Assembly: GCA_965113315.1 (NCBI GenBank)
Contig: OZ220370.1
Reading direction: 5' to 3' (one strand)
DNA: 64,000 bases
Source: Podarcis vaucheri
Taxonomy: Eukaryota
The notes beneath the pieces were generated by a model. That model was not told the DNA's origin. It worked only from the letters and a program-made list of their open reading frames with translations, and did not search any database. A program made the position numbers and the translations under genes. Below, piece after piece: positions 13,235 through 26,698 of this stretch (positions within the stretch are counted from its first letter, which is position 1; each line of letters begins with the position of its first letter).

Positions 13235-15489
13235 TCTGTTTCTTTATATATTCTGCAGTGTTAAAAGGACTACGTTTTGCTAATGTGTTATGAGGCAAAA
13301 TATTTTGTAATATGCTGCACATTATCATGAAACAATGGCGTTATTATACATTTCACCTTGGCAGATGGAGAGTTGAAAATGGGTTGTGTCCAACACTTCT
13401 GTTCTGCTCACACAATGGAGGTCCACTTGCCCAATGGAATTCCCTACCTCCTCATCTTACTTGGAATCTTCCTCAAAATCTCAAAATCTGCTCCAAAGGT
13501 GGGGCAAGCATCTGGGGCGGCATGAAGGATGGGGAAGCAGAACTCTGCTTGTACAGTATTGAATACAACCCAGTGTATTTTGGTTCAACAATAAATATGT
13601 TTTATTATTTTAAAGATGGTCATATTGATAGACCTCTGTCTGGAAAAACCTCTGTAAAGCACTAAAAGGATTTCTCCTGTTTCCCAATACAGTCTCTAGA
13701 ATAGATAAAATTATTTTGTGGAACTAATCACACTGAATTCAATGTAACTGCTCCTACTGACTTCAGTTAGCTAGGTTTTCACTCCTAGTTGTCATCGAAA
13801 TGCAGCCCATTTATATGAGGTTAGCTAATTAATGAACTCCTAGTAGATGATTAATTTGACAGCATTTTTTAATTTTCACCTTAAAACCATGACAATTATG
13901 TACATTAATTAGGGATGCAACTATAGTTTGGTATCATGCAGTCTTGATACTATAAACAGATCACATCAATTCTTTCATAAATAGACAATAATGTTTAATT
14001 ACCTGGAAATTAACAAAAGACTAACAGTGCATCCTTATTCTACAAATATGTAAATAATATATTATTTTATACTGGACAAAAATAGTTTCTCAGAAATCGT
14101 GGAGACCAGTGCAGCATAGCCTATACTGATTTGTAACTATTTTACAAAACAAAAAAATATTAAATAAACCCAGCCCCGTAGTTAATTAGCGTCAATTAAA
14201 CGAAACCCATATACAATACCGTACTATGTAGATGAACTTTAAATGTACAAAGTTGCATGCAGAAAATAATAATAAATCCAGTTTATGGCATCATAAAAAA
14301 TATTCTGCCTGCACACTTGCCGTGATGCCTCTCTACATTGATCAGTGATTTATTTGCAAAATTCTAAGAGTGGGAAGCCATACAGAGGTAGTGAAACTGC
14401 AGACTGAGGTAAATAGTATGGCATAATATATTTAGCTACACTAATTCAAAGCAGAGGGGAAAGCATAAAAGGAAGAGGAAAATACACTCCCCTTACATCA
14501 CCATTTAAGGGCTAGAAGCAAATAATTCAGAAGGATAAGATTTCCCTAGCTTCCCCTCTACCCTATCCTTTACACATAAATCCACTGATAACAGAAATAC
14601 AAGTTAATAAACATTTAACATGGTTTGTTTTCAGTCACAGTTCAATGAATTAGGTTTCAATTCTTCAACTGAAATTCACTGCCATTGACTCATGATTTTG
14701 TGTTTTATATTTTTGATCAAGTACTTTCTTGTAGGTTTTCAAAGCACTCTCCTTGTCACTTTCCGTGAAGGCTTTGCCAATTTGCAGAGTGTAAAGCACA
14801 ATGATCTTCACTGGAGTTGTGTGTGTTGTGTTTGTAAGGACTGTGAAGCACAACTGGAGAAATATTAGCAAATCCCTATTCTGTTAAGTTAAAGGAATTG
14901 GTTCTAGTCTCCACGGTCATAAAAATTATATCTGTTTGGTTATGTTTAACAGGAACTTGGGGGGAAGAATGAAGCATGATTCAAACTAAGATTCTTCTCC
15001 GCTGTTACACAGACTCAATGGATGAAGCTACACCATTCCACAGCATCTCTTCCCCATTATCTCTCTCCATCAATGGATGGATGCTATGTTTTACTGTTTG
15101 AGTTCAAAACCCAATTCAGGATATTTTGATACTTAACTTCCTTTCCAACCCATCAAAAGTTTTGCATCCCTCCAGATAATACAAACACCACTGTGTTTCT
15201 CAAAGTTTCTGGCTATGTAGCAGCTGTTTATTATTATAAACAATAATAGCAGCAACAAGTGGTCAGAAAGGAGAACTATCAACATCAATCCAAAACAAGG
15301 CCCAGCAACAGGCAGCCAAAAACAACAGAAAAGTATTTTTCTATCTAAACCCACTAAATTTTTCTGACAAAAAATCTGGAAGAAACTATAGTTTATGATC
15401 TGTGAAGACAGAGAAGCAGCATTCTGAAATTAAGGCTACCCATTAAATTCAAAGAAGCTGTAACATTCTGAAATAAAGAGGCGGGCAGA

Positions 15490-16810
15490 GTTTACATACC
15501 ATATCAAACTATGGTTAAGGAATCTTAATTATGGTTTCTCGTGAGATCAGAACTGACAACTGTGACTTTCAAGTCAGTAGCAAACTTGAATCAGTAACCA
15601 AGGTTTGTAGTGCATTTGCAAACCATAATGGCAAATGTTTGGTTTGCAGCTAAAGCAGGAATAAAATCTTTAATTTTCATGCATGAAGAATCATGAGGAA
15701 ACCGTCTGATCATGATAACAAACCATGGTTTAGCATTATGTATGGATGCAGCTTATCTTTATCTCTGCTTCTTAGTTACGGTTTCTTTCATACCTGTCCT
15801 ACAGATTAATACACAGTGGAAAGCACTCCCAACCAAATCCCCAGGATAACATTTTTCATGTACTCAATGCTATTCTTACTAGCTGGGCTAGATCCCTCCA
15901 TCCCCTTACAGAGATCATCAGTTCCAGCTGCCATGTAAGGTAAGGCCATCTCCTGGCAGGGCAGGGGACTTTGTGACAGGAGTGGCAAGAAGTCAGCAGA
16001 TTTTAGCTAGGTGCCCCAAGGTCCCACCTTGTAAACAACTTTCAGGTGATCCAGAAGGCTGGATCACCAGGCTATTTCTCAGGGGCATGAGAACAGCAGT
16101 CAGTTACCATTGAAGCTGGTCATTGTAAGAAACTTGAAACATTAAGAATTTGGAGACAGAACCTGCTTTCCCTCCCACTCCCATTTTCCTTTTCTGCCAT
16201 GCCTTTTTTTAATTGTGAGCCTGAGGACAGGGGCTGTGTTATTCCTATTAATTTCTAAGCCACAATGGGGGCTCTACCAGATGAGGATATAAATGCTTTG
16301 AATGTATGTGTAAATGAATGAAATTCTGTGCTGTGCAACAGGTTTAAAGAGAACTACAACGCTGTGATGTATCACAAATAATGCTAGGGCAAACCATGGC
16401 TTAGTGTGAATGCATGAGTACATAGTGTCCCATAGAGGACATTTCAGCTGCTTTGCTTCTCCTCTGGTCCTGGTGCCGCTGTGCTGTAGTAAGCTAAACT
16501 ATGCTTGGCTTGGTGTGTAATTGACTCTGGGTTTATGGTTTGTCTCCTTCAGACAAACCACAAGCTGTAAACTAAGAATAAACTTTGATTAACGGTTTAT
16601 AATGTGTATGGGTTTGGACTAAGCCAAACACACTAAGCCAAACCATGGTTGTGGTCACAGTGGTAGGACTTGAGAAAGAAAGCTCAACTAAGGTTTTCAC
16701 AATACATGACTTAACAAACCATTGCTTGCAATCAGCCAGAAAATCAGAATCAGTTTGAAGTGGTTTCGAAAACAATGGTTTGTGCTATAATTTGGCATGA
16801 TATCTAAATT
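15490..16810. mobile_element. Cluster of decayed AAACCATGGTT-containing MITE-like repeats
   Basis: Recurring aaaccatggtt/aaactatggtt/aaaccatggct motifs near 15506, 15721, 16392 and 16639; boundaries are uncertain. Confidence 0.4.
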
Positions 16811-17426
16811 AATGGACTTCCTGCTATAAATTAGATACTTTTTATCTCTTATGTGCAGACACTTTTTATCTCTTATCATATGCCACAACTATGACACTGG
16901 CAAATATCAGCATTCCAGATACTGTACCTCATTGTGTAATTACAGTAGCACATGTCTATGTAAAAACCAGTCCTAGCTGTTTTCTGCTACTAATACTGTT
17001 TGCATATTCCTCAACTGCAACTTAGCATTGTGTTTGCGACACTGCACAGTCAAAAACTCACTTCTAATGCAGTTTTTTGGTGACATAAGGATTTGCTGCT
17101 TTGGAGGTATCCAATATGCCAATGCTACTTTGAAGCTTCTTACAGTTTACAATCTCTAGGAATTTTCACAAACATTCTTCCTTTCATCTGTTGCTCTTTC
17201 TGCATCATTCTTAATAAGAGTGTTTCTACTTTCTCCTTCACTATGTGATCCTAGCTAAGGGGAATTAAGAGATAGAGCAAGACTTTAAACAGGAGCTAGA
17301 AAAACAAATGTTCCCTGCTTGCAAGACCTACCCTCAGTGCAGTTAAGCCCAGAACAATCAGAGCTGGATTTGACTTATAATGGGCCTTGAACTACATCCC
17401 TCCTACTACCCAGTCTGATCCTTGGT

Positions 17427-17580
17427 CATAGAATTATAGAATCATAGAACTGTAGAGTTGGAAGGGACCACAATGGCAATCAAGGCCAAACCCCCTGCAA
17501 CGCAGGAATCTTTCTGCTCCGCGTGGGGCTTGAACCCATGATTCTGAGATTAGGAGTCTCATGCTCTACGAACTACCAGC
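17427..17580 (-). mobile_element. tRNA-Lys-derived SINE with CR1-type 3' tail
   Basis: Minus strand gtagagcatgagactcctaatctcagaatcatgggttcaagccccacg is tRNA-Lys(CTT)-like with a B box. It is joined to ggtcccttccaactctacagttctatgattctat, the CR1 3' terminus with ATTCTATG-type octamers. Confidence 0.8.
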
Positions 17581-18168
17581 CCCATGATCCCCAGCAGGAA
17601 CTTATGCTCCAAGCTATGGAGAAGCCTTCAAGACCTTTTTTGTGTGCTAATGAGCTGTCCCAAGTATCTTAAGCCACCACCCTTCCCCATCATAAGGCCT
17701 ATTTTGCTCGAGGAAGTCAGGGGAAACTTGCAGAAAAATTAGGGTGCTTCACTCACTTGGGCTTTTCAAGCATTCCTGTTACATGTTCACTGGAAACCAT
17801 GACATTTTACCAACATTCAACAAAAACCCTCAGAGTCCAAATGGTTTTAGGTAAGACAGAAATAGGACTTGCACACCACAACCACAGATCACATGGTTAA
17901 ATATGCTAAAGTCGCTCTTATGTGGTGAGCAAACAAAGCTGACCTGGTCTCACTCTGAAGTCCCACACCATCTGGGTCAGAATGCGCACTGGAATGTATA
18001 TTCAAGCACACATTCCACTAACTGCAATATCATGAGGATATGCAGAATCTGCGCTCCTATGCATCTAGAACAATGCTTTCTATTTCACCATTCTGCAGCA
18101 GTTTCATTGTGACTTCCCAGCAAAAGAGGGAATATTTGGTCCAGTCGCTGAAACAACAGGGATGCATC

Positions 18169-18197
<29 letters not shown>
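18169..18197. repeat. (CA)n microsatellite
   Basis: Directly visible. Confidence 0.95.
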
Positions 18198-18199
<2 letters not shown>

Positions 18200-21100
18200 C
18201 AAAAAAAATGGGGCTACTTTTTGAGAGGCATTAACACCTTCATTCCACTCAGCTCTATTTATAGTCCTAATTAGGGGAAGTGAAGACTGTTTTTCATGTG
18301 TAAATAGTTTTATTTATTTCCTTTGTCTATATTTCTGGGTTGGAGGTATCCATGTTCTATAGCTGTGCATGATGTCTTCACATTTTTATTCATTGCTATA
18401 ATGATAAAATTATCATGTATTGCCAATTTATCCCAGTATTTTGTTATCACACTTTGTCTTCACTAGAGGCTATAAGAACATAGAAGTATTTAAATGGCAA
18501 GCTCCTATAAATATTTTATTTCCCAGTTAAGTAATGATAAATGGTTTTGTTGGGCTAATATTTAAAATACAGAGGTATCTTCAAATAGCTTTCAGGGTGT
18601 AATAAGTTAAAGTTTGAATCTAACACTTGGCAATGTTTCTGTTTAGAACAAAAACATAGTTGGCATTATGTACACTTAAAGGAAACTAGAAACATGCCTT
18701 CAGGCATCCTCAAATGTCTTGATAGTTGATGCTACAACATACAGATGACTAAGAAAGCACACAGTCCTAAAGTTGGAATAAATTCCCCTTTGTCTAGCTG
18801 CTACATTTTTGAGCAGGACTTTAGCACACCATTATTCTGAATGTTTTTTTGGCTCAAGGCAAAAAATATTGACAAAGTTCCACCTCCAAGACAGTTATTG
18901 TCTCTGTATATTTGAGAGCAGCCTTCACAAGTTCACCTGCCAGTACTAAATCCTTGGCTTGGGAGAGGAAAGTAAAAAATTTGTTAGCATTCCAAGCTGT
19001 TTTACTGGAGCAGCATCTATAGCAGCAAATCAAATTGTTCTTTCAATTAAACCAGTTCAGTGCTTTCAGAGAAGAGCTGGCCTTCCCTCATTCCAAAAGA
19101 AACAACAGTTTATGCCCAGTATGAAGCTTTTACTAGTATCAAGAGCGAAGGGCTTTGGCTTTCTTATTTCTGTGGTCGCTAATTTATAACTCAGCGTAAA
19201 AGAAAAACACCCCAGAATATCTAGATAGAACCAGAAATGTTTCTTAGGTATCACAAGTGTTAACCGACCAAAGTTTTCAAATATATGGTTATTTTATATG
19301 GCTAAATATCAGCCTATCGCAGGGTTAAGGCCAATATGAAGCCATTCGTAACCAGCAAGTAACCAACACCTAGCAAGATGGAAAATGAATGGTGGGTAAA
19401 TATGGGCAATTGCTGGGAAATATATGGCCTATGACTATAAGCTTGAACCAATGTGAGACCATGTATCAACACCTTTCATAGTGGGGCTGATACGTTGCCC
19501 GTCCCCAGCTAATATTATTACTTATGCCCTGCAATAGCTGCACTACTGCAAGTGCCCACTTCAATACTGCCCTCCCCCTTGCTTATCCACATGGTTGGCC
19601 CATTAAAGGCTACCATGGCTGCCAGATCTGCTTGCTCATGAATTTAGCCAATGCTGGCACTGTGATATGGAGCAATTCAGCACTTTGGGGGACCCAATAA
19701 GCACAGCCTTTCAAGAGGCTTCTGAAATCTGCAGCTGTGCCAGGATGAGGTTGGAAGATGCAGGATATAATGAAGGAAAGAGAAAGATATCATTTTGGTG
19801 AGAGAAGAAAATACCATTTTAGCAGAAGCATACTTATTTCAGTGATGAGGAAAGGGGGGAAATGAGGGAATGCAAGTAAAACATTAAAATAATCAATAGG
19901 AAAAGAAAACAAACTGGGCTATATAAAAAGACTCTAATAGAAATGAAATGAAATGAAAAGCACAGAGGTACTGGTGAGGACTTATGAATTTGCTGCAAAG
20001 AATAGGGCAGCTGGACGGTGAAAGATTATAACCATATTCAGGGAACTAGTTTAGGTTTGTACATGGTCAGTGAGACTGTTGACCTCCGTTTCCTCACACT
20101 CAATAGCCCCAGTGGTCATGCAAGAATAGTGATGCAGTTCCCTGTATTCTGACCTGTAACACCAGAATTGCATGTCTGATGAAAAGTCAAGACAAATATT
20201 TCCCAGAATAGCAAAACAGTGGGGAGAGGAGATTACAAAGTCTCCCTTGCCATGTTCGTTTTGAAAGCTGAAGTGGTATCTAAAGATGTGTGAGTAATGT
20301 GTTTATCATTCTCAAGATAGCTTGTCCATAATTTTTGTGCGAAATGTTTACACATCTCCATTCTTGTGGTGTTTGTCATTACAAATACAGGCTAACCCTT
20401 GCGTCTTTCCTTTTCCCACTGCTACACCCCCCACCAACTTGCACTTCATTGATATTCTCCCACCCAAAATGCTTCTCTTCACTGATTATATACCCGATTT
20501 CAATTTGAGCAATAGTCCTTTGGATAACAGAGCCTTGTTAAAACATCCATTAAAAGTCTGTACCAGTCATTTAATGGTGGGAAAAATATTCTATCCATTG
20601 GAGTTCCTTCATTAACTTTTAACATAGTTCTTCCTTACATTATGAAGGTGATAATCTAGGAACATTATACAGGGATATATTACAAATTTCAGACCAGTTT
20701 CCCATTCTCTATGGGGTAATAGTTAGGTCAGAGTTTTTTCAAGGCATTATTCCCCCTATTCATTTGTATCACTTTCTCCAAGTATCATTTCAACTATAAT
20801 TCATCACCTATTGTTTCACTGTAATTTTGAATCCTCTACATACTGCATATAGGTCTAAAGCAGCTTTGTATTTAACCACTCACCTGGTAGCCAGAGACAT
20901 AGAGGTCAAGGAATTATATACAGGCAAGTGAGCAGGCTGGCAGAGGAGAGATGGACTGCTCTATCCCTCCCTTGCATCCAGCACAGAAACCAAGCATAGG
21001 ATGGAAGACACAAACACCCCTGTACTAGAAATGTAGCAGATTTCCTCCTCGGCCAGCCCTCAACAGACTAGTAAAATTAAAAATTAAAAATGTGTGAGCT

Positions 21101-21496
21101 AGTAACTTTCCTAAACTCATTTATGAGGCTCATTTCAAGAGTACAGAATACAATACATCAATTCAGCTGTACAAGATCACTTATCCACCATTTCAAAGTG
21201 TTAAATTGCAACTGCAAGATCCCCAAATACTAGTACTGTATTTTACTTGTGGTGGACAGTATCTCATGTCCCATTAAGTGGGGGGGGGGGAATTCATTTG
21301 GGTGAATTCTTGCCAAATCTGTTTACACAGATTACCTCTCTTTGACTCCAATCTTCCTTTATATGTATATAACAACTAGAGGTCCAGAATGGGAATGTAC
21401 ATCCCTACCCGTATAATAAAGATATTACTAGCCATTTCAAGTGCTATATTTTTTAGGCTATGTCTAAAGAGCTATTGAAGACCCATAGCTCAGGAG

Positions 21497-21670
21497 AAGG
21501 AGCACAGCTCGGTGGTAGTGCATCTATCTGCCTTCTACATTGAAAGTCTCAGGTTCAATCCCTGGCATTTCCAAAGCTAGGGAAAACTCCTATCTGAAAT
21601 CCTGGAAAAGACACTAGCAGTCAGTGTAAACAATACTGAGCTAGTTTAGCCATTGATCTAACTCTGTCTT
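21497..21670 (+). mobile_element. Squam3-like tRNA SINE, diverged
   Basis: A box agctcggtggtag, B box ggttcaatccc, body ctgaaatcctgg...agtcagtgtaaacaatactgagctag. Confidence 0.7.
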
Positions 21671-22585
21671 ACAAAACCTGGGCAAATATCAGAAGGTGAA
21701 TGGACAACCATACATGCTGCACATGCAGAAACCTACTTCCATATGCAAATCTGTCTTGCTGGCACATTTATGTTCTATGCAATCATCTTCATTTCATATA
21801 CAGTACAGGAAATCCTGTCACTGAAATTTCATGTTGCAACTGATTGTTGAAATGGAGGTACAGTTTACAATAGAATTTCTAACAGAGATTACAGTGGGAT
21901 TCCTAGATATTAACACATACAGCAGAACAGAAATTTACTCCAATCCTATTCACCGTATCTTCGTGTTTGGTTGTGCTGGAAAGGAAAATAGTACTCTCAT
22001 ACATACTGTATGTCTTTCAGACCTGGACAAAAATGCTTTCCTAGGCACAACTACAGTGAATCAACAATAACTGTAACAGCAAAAGGATTAAAAATCCACT
22101 GTATTCTGCCACCTTCTACTCTGATTAATACTACTCATATATGTGTGTGTACCCACACAAATGTTCCAATTTAACTAAGAGCTCAGCATCCACACAGTGT
22201 GACCCTAAAAACACATTGATAGGCCTATCCTAGTATTATTTCTTTGTTTCATTAAGTTTGTCCATCACTAGAGGATAAAGGGACATGAAAGTTCAAACTT
22301 ACTTTATGATTACACCAGTACAGCACCAACAAACAAAACAAATACGCTTATAAAGCCTATTATCTACTTATGCTCAGCTGTGATTTGAGGATGAGTTAGT
22401 ATCAACATACTGGAGACCAGAATGCGATGAACATGCCTTTACAAAGCAAATATTTGCTAAGGATGAACTTGAAACATCTTTTAGGAGAATAGTAACAACA
22501 TTCTGGCAGTCAAACTGAACTAAACCCAAACTGAATCAAACCTTCCTTTTCCTTTATTGTGTAAGATCTTTGTAAGGCCATTCAA

Positions 22586-22690
22586 ATGCTATTGGACTCC
22601 AACTGCCACCAGTCCTAGCTGGCATGGCTGATGATATCATGGATGATAGCTGAAGTCCAACAACTTTTGGAGGGCCACAGGATTCTTATC
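22586..22690. mobile_element. Short hAT-type MITE fragment (ggactacaactccc family)
   Basis: ttggactccaact ... gaagtccaacaacttttggagggccacagg; related copies near 30742-30810 and 48184-48283. Confidence 0.5.
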
Positions 22691-23086
22691 TCTGGTATAA
22701 GAACATAAGAACTCCCATACAGCATCCAACCAAGATCCATCCAGTTTAGGGCATACACACATTTGCCTTTTGCCTCGTCCATGTCCGAGGGTGGGTTTTT
22801 TTCTGCCCCGGCTCTCTTATTTCCCCCCACAAGGCAGATGGTGTTTGTTAGCCCGGTGGGGCAGAGGGTGCTGTTCTACAGCACTGAGGAGCAAGTTACA
22901 GCAACATATAAAGCAGAAATGTTTTCATTCACCAGTATCACTACAGAACAAACTTTCATGGTCCATTAGTAAGGTATCTCTACCACTGGACTGGAGTGTT
23001 GTCAACAGGCACAGAGTGGAAATCTGGGCATTCCACTGCTGCTGGCTTCTTTTTCAGTTGGTGCCATTCCAATTCACATTTGCTTT

Positions 23087-23594
23087 TTCTTCTTCTTCTT
23101 CTTTGGTGATCACTTGTAGCCGAGGAAGACTGTCTTCCATGAGCACGGTTTTAACAAGGAGTCTGTAAGTGACTGTGGAGGCCAATTCTGGATCCACACG
23201 TCCTTCCACAGTGGGGACATTGGTTTCCGGGCAGGAGTTGATTACGGTGTGGATTTGCCAAGCGTGCCTTCCTCCTAGCACGTTTCTCCCTTGCGTCCTG
23301 AGTTTGAGTGTCTTCAAAGCCCATAACACCTTTGGTAAAAGCTGGAGCACTCACAGGCCAATGTTTCCCAGTTGTCAGTGCTTATACTACACTTTTTTAG
23401 ATTTGCCTTGAGACAGTCTTTAAACCTCTTTTGTTTACCACCAGCATGACGCTTTCCATTTTTAAGTTCGGAATAGAGTAGTTGCTTTGGAAGATGATCA
23501 TCAGGCATCCGCACAACATGACCAGTCCAACGAAGTTGATGTTGCAGAATCATTGCTTCAACACTGGCGATCTTTGCTTCTTCCATTTTTCTTC
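23087..23594 (-). mobile_element. 5'-truncated RTE-clade LINE 3' end with frameshifted ORF
   Basis: Minus-strand peptides QLRWTGHVVRMPDDHLPKQLLYSELKNGKRHAGGKQKRFKDCLK and CPHCGRTCGSRIGLHSH (terminal zinc finger); (GAA)n tail; candidate TSD CATTTGCTTT at 23077-23086 and 23595-23604. Confidence 0.9.
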
Positions 23595-24296
23595 CATTTG
23601 CTTTGCTGTTTCACCAACTCTCAAAATCTTTCTTCATCTCTGACTCTTCCAGATGAGCTAACCCAAACTCCTGGTGTCATTTCCCCCCTCTTTTTCCTGC
23701 AGCTGCTGTGTTGTTTCCTCATGTATCCTCTGCATCTCCATCATTTCTTGATGTCACTCTTGATGCTACCACACCAAAGTCAAGATTTTGTCCAGGACAG
23801 CTGTGCTCCAACCATAAAGACTGAGACACACGCTCATTTCTCTGTGCTTGATCTCATGTTTCTTCTTTAATAATTAAGTTTGGCATCATTCATTTGCAAT
23901 GCACCAGATGCAATTTTCTTCATTCTATCCCCAACCCCTCAAAGGGGTCCTAAATCCAACCAAAGATCTTTTGCACTGATTTGATGCTCTGTCAGGTACC
24001 TCTTATAACTAATTATGTTCAGACTAATTAGGTTCTGCAATGTTCAGCTTTTAGATGTCACAGGCTGCCAATGAAATGTCATCAACCTGCTCATCTTGAG
24101 GGCGTTTGATCTCTATATTACATAGGGCCTTAAGACTTCTGTCTGAAAAAAACATTTTCTGAGCTGTATCACAGAGTTATTTCTCTGCCACCAAACCTCT
24201 ATGAAATATTCTTCATCCAGAATAGAAGTCAGTTTGGAGAGTGAACCTAGGCCAGGCCTATGACTCTCACTATCTGCATCCAGCATCTTTCTAAAC

Positions 24297-24470
24297 ATCA
24301 CCACCCTCCAGACATCTCGTAGAGGAGGCATGCAAGAAAGGGCCTCAGATGATGATTGCAGGGTTTGGGTCGGTTCATATGGGGAGAGGTAGACCATGAG
24401 ATATTGTGGTCCTGAGATATTGTGTTTAAGGCTTCATAGGTCAAAACCAGCGGTTTGATTTAGGCCCAGG
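24297..24470 (-). mobile_element. L2 LINE ORF2 C-terminal fragment
   Basis: The peptide YLSPYEPTQTLQSSSEALSCMPPLRDVWRV resembles the squamate L2 ORF2 end. Confidence 0.65.
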
Positions 24471-25355
24471 GTAAAAATGAAGTCAAATAATAAAAAAGAA
24501 GGCAATTTAGAAGATTAACCATGAAATATTGCCCAGTTTATTTCTTCTGGTTACACACTAATATAGTTTGCTAATCTTACATTGAAAGTTACTAACCATA
24601 TACTTACCTCTAGATTAGAACCATGATAGACACTAATTCCCCTGGAAAAATTATTTCTAAACCAGCCTTGTAGACAAAATATGGTCACCTTTTGGGAGGG
24701 TGTGTGTGGTATTTTGCTTCAAGGCTTTTAAACAATTCAAATTACTTCAAATTTGAAACCCGCGAATGGGTGTTAACTCTGGAACTGTCCCTTTCCTGTG
24801 TGTTGCTAATTATTAAAGGCACATGGTACAGGAAATGAATAATTACGTTTCGTAGCAATCATACCAGTTAGCTAGGCACATATTCACCTAGAAACCATAC
24901 TTCTTTTGTTCTGTCTAGCAAGATGCTGAGCAGATACACACATCTGTCAATCAGACATGAAAGTGTGTTGGCACTAGATGAGATATTTAGTGCAGGTCTG
25001 TGCTGAGTTGAGACACTTTCAGTGTGTATCCAAGCAAAACGTGCAACTTCATGTTCATCTGCTACAAAAAATTACTTTGGAAAGAAATCCGACCCATTTT
25101 GCATAGTTCTGGAGTACTGTCTTTGTTTGCGACTCAGATTTAGTCACAAAACTATAGTAGTGAGAAATCTAAAAATGCAAAATGAAGTAAATTGTGCATC
25201 CTGTAAGTTTTCCATTATCACATAAAGAACAATAAATGCAGAAAAGTTAACATCAATAGGGTGATATCTAAGTAAACATCCACCCTTCCTTATTTATACC
25301 TAAGAACTGGAATTCCTCATGCACACCCTAAATTCTGTGGGGGGGAGTGACTAAC

Positions 25356-25399
<44 letters not shown>
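25356..25399. repeat. (ATT)n microsatellite
   Basis: Directly visible. Confidence 0.95.
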
Positions 25400-26443
25400 G
25401 TCCAATGAGTTCACAAAGTGTGGGATATTCTCAGGTTCAAGAAGCTTATGTACCAAATTAAAGCTATCATGGGCAGAGATGCAGCAAAGGCCTTTCTGCT
25501 TATTTGGGGTCTAATTAGTATGACAGGAGCCTTGCTAGATCAGCAGCAAACTCCCAGAAATATAAAATGATACATGCATGTTAAAGCCTTGCAAGTTCTG
25601 CCTCATGACATGGCTCTATAGTTCACATTCAGAGGTGTTCCCTGTATCATGCCTTATTTGTCACTTCTCTAGCACTCGCTTTCTTTGCAAGTATGACTGT
25701 AACTTTCATTGCTCTAGATCTTGTGTTCTGCTCATTTTACGTATATACACTAATTATTTTGCTTTTGATACTGTTCACGTTTATGCTTATGTTAGGTTTT
25801 GGTTTTGAAAAATTGTGTGTGAACAGCTCAAAGAAGGCTTTACAAATAAAGAGCTTTTTAAAAGAAAAAGGGAACTGAAGGATAACAAACCTAAAACAAT
25901 ATTCCAATGGTACTCCACACACAATTAGCATTTTTTTTTGGCTGAAACATGCATTGCTGGAGGTACAGGGGAATTAAGGCAGATTTAATACATATCTTTC
26001 GGAGCTGTAAAAGAGTAATACTTGAATATATATTTAAATAAAATAAAATAGAAATAGAAAAGTTCAGGAAAGCTGTGCAATTCTTGCAGATTTTTTTTAA
26101 ATGAAAGAGGAAAGAGGAGGGGAGTGAGAGAGAGAGGGAAGATGACAGAAACTGAAAACCAGGCAGGTATCACTATGGACAACCCTACTGCACTACCACA
26201 ATTCTAAGGAATATGTTCAGTTCTAATTCAAGTTAGTCTCAAGATCCCTACATTTATGTAATCTCAACATTAAATGAATTGCAACTAACCAGAATCCTAC
26301 CAAACAGAAGGAAACTCATTTGCGATACACACATATCACATATCTTAATTTTTCTAGACAGTTGAAAATAAGTAAACCAACAAAAATGATTTTCTGGCAA
26401 AACAGTTTTTGAAAGAAGCATCCTACCCTTCTGTTTCAAAATA

Positions 26444-26698
26444 CAGTGGAAGCTCGGGTTGCGAACATAATCTGTGACGGAGGCACGTCCCCAACCTACA
26501 GCGTTCGTAACCTGCAGCGCTGCATCCGCACATGCATGTGACACGATTTGACGCTTCTGCAAATGCGCAAAGCACGATTTAGCGTTTCTGCGCATGCAGC
26601 GAAACCCAGAAGTAACCCTTTCTGATACTTCCGGGTTTCCCACGATCCATAACCTGAAAACGTGTAACCCGAAGCGTCTGTAACCTGAGGTACCACTG
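26444..26698 (-). mobile_element. Tc1/mariner MITE, related subfamily (similar TIRs, different interior)
   Basis: TA-CAGTGGAAGCTCGGGTT ... AACCTGAGGTACCACTG-TA; the interior has repeated cacgattt...ttctgc units. Confidence 0.85.

Noticed and set aside
17510-17580. tRNA-Lys-like sequence as a functional tRNA gene
   Set aside because: The 5' end and D arm are degraded, the anticodon is altered, and it is fused to a CR1 tail; it is a SINE head.
23487-23870. 127-aa plus-strand ORF
   Set aside because: Antisense to the RTE fragment plus pyrimidine-rich flank; no coding signature.
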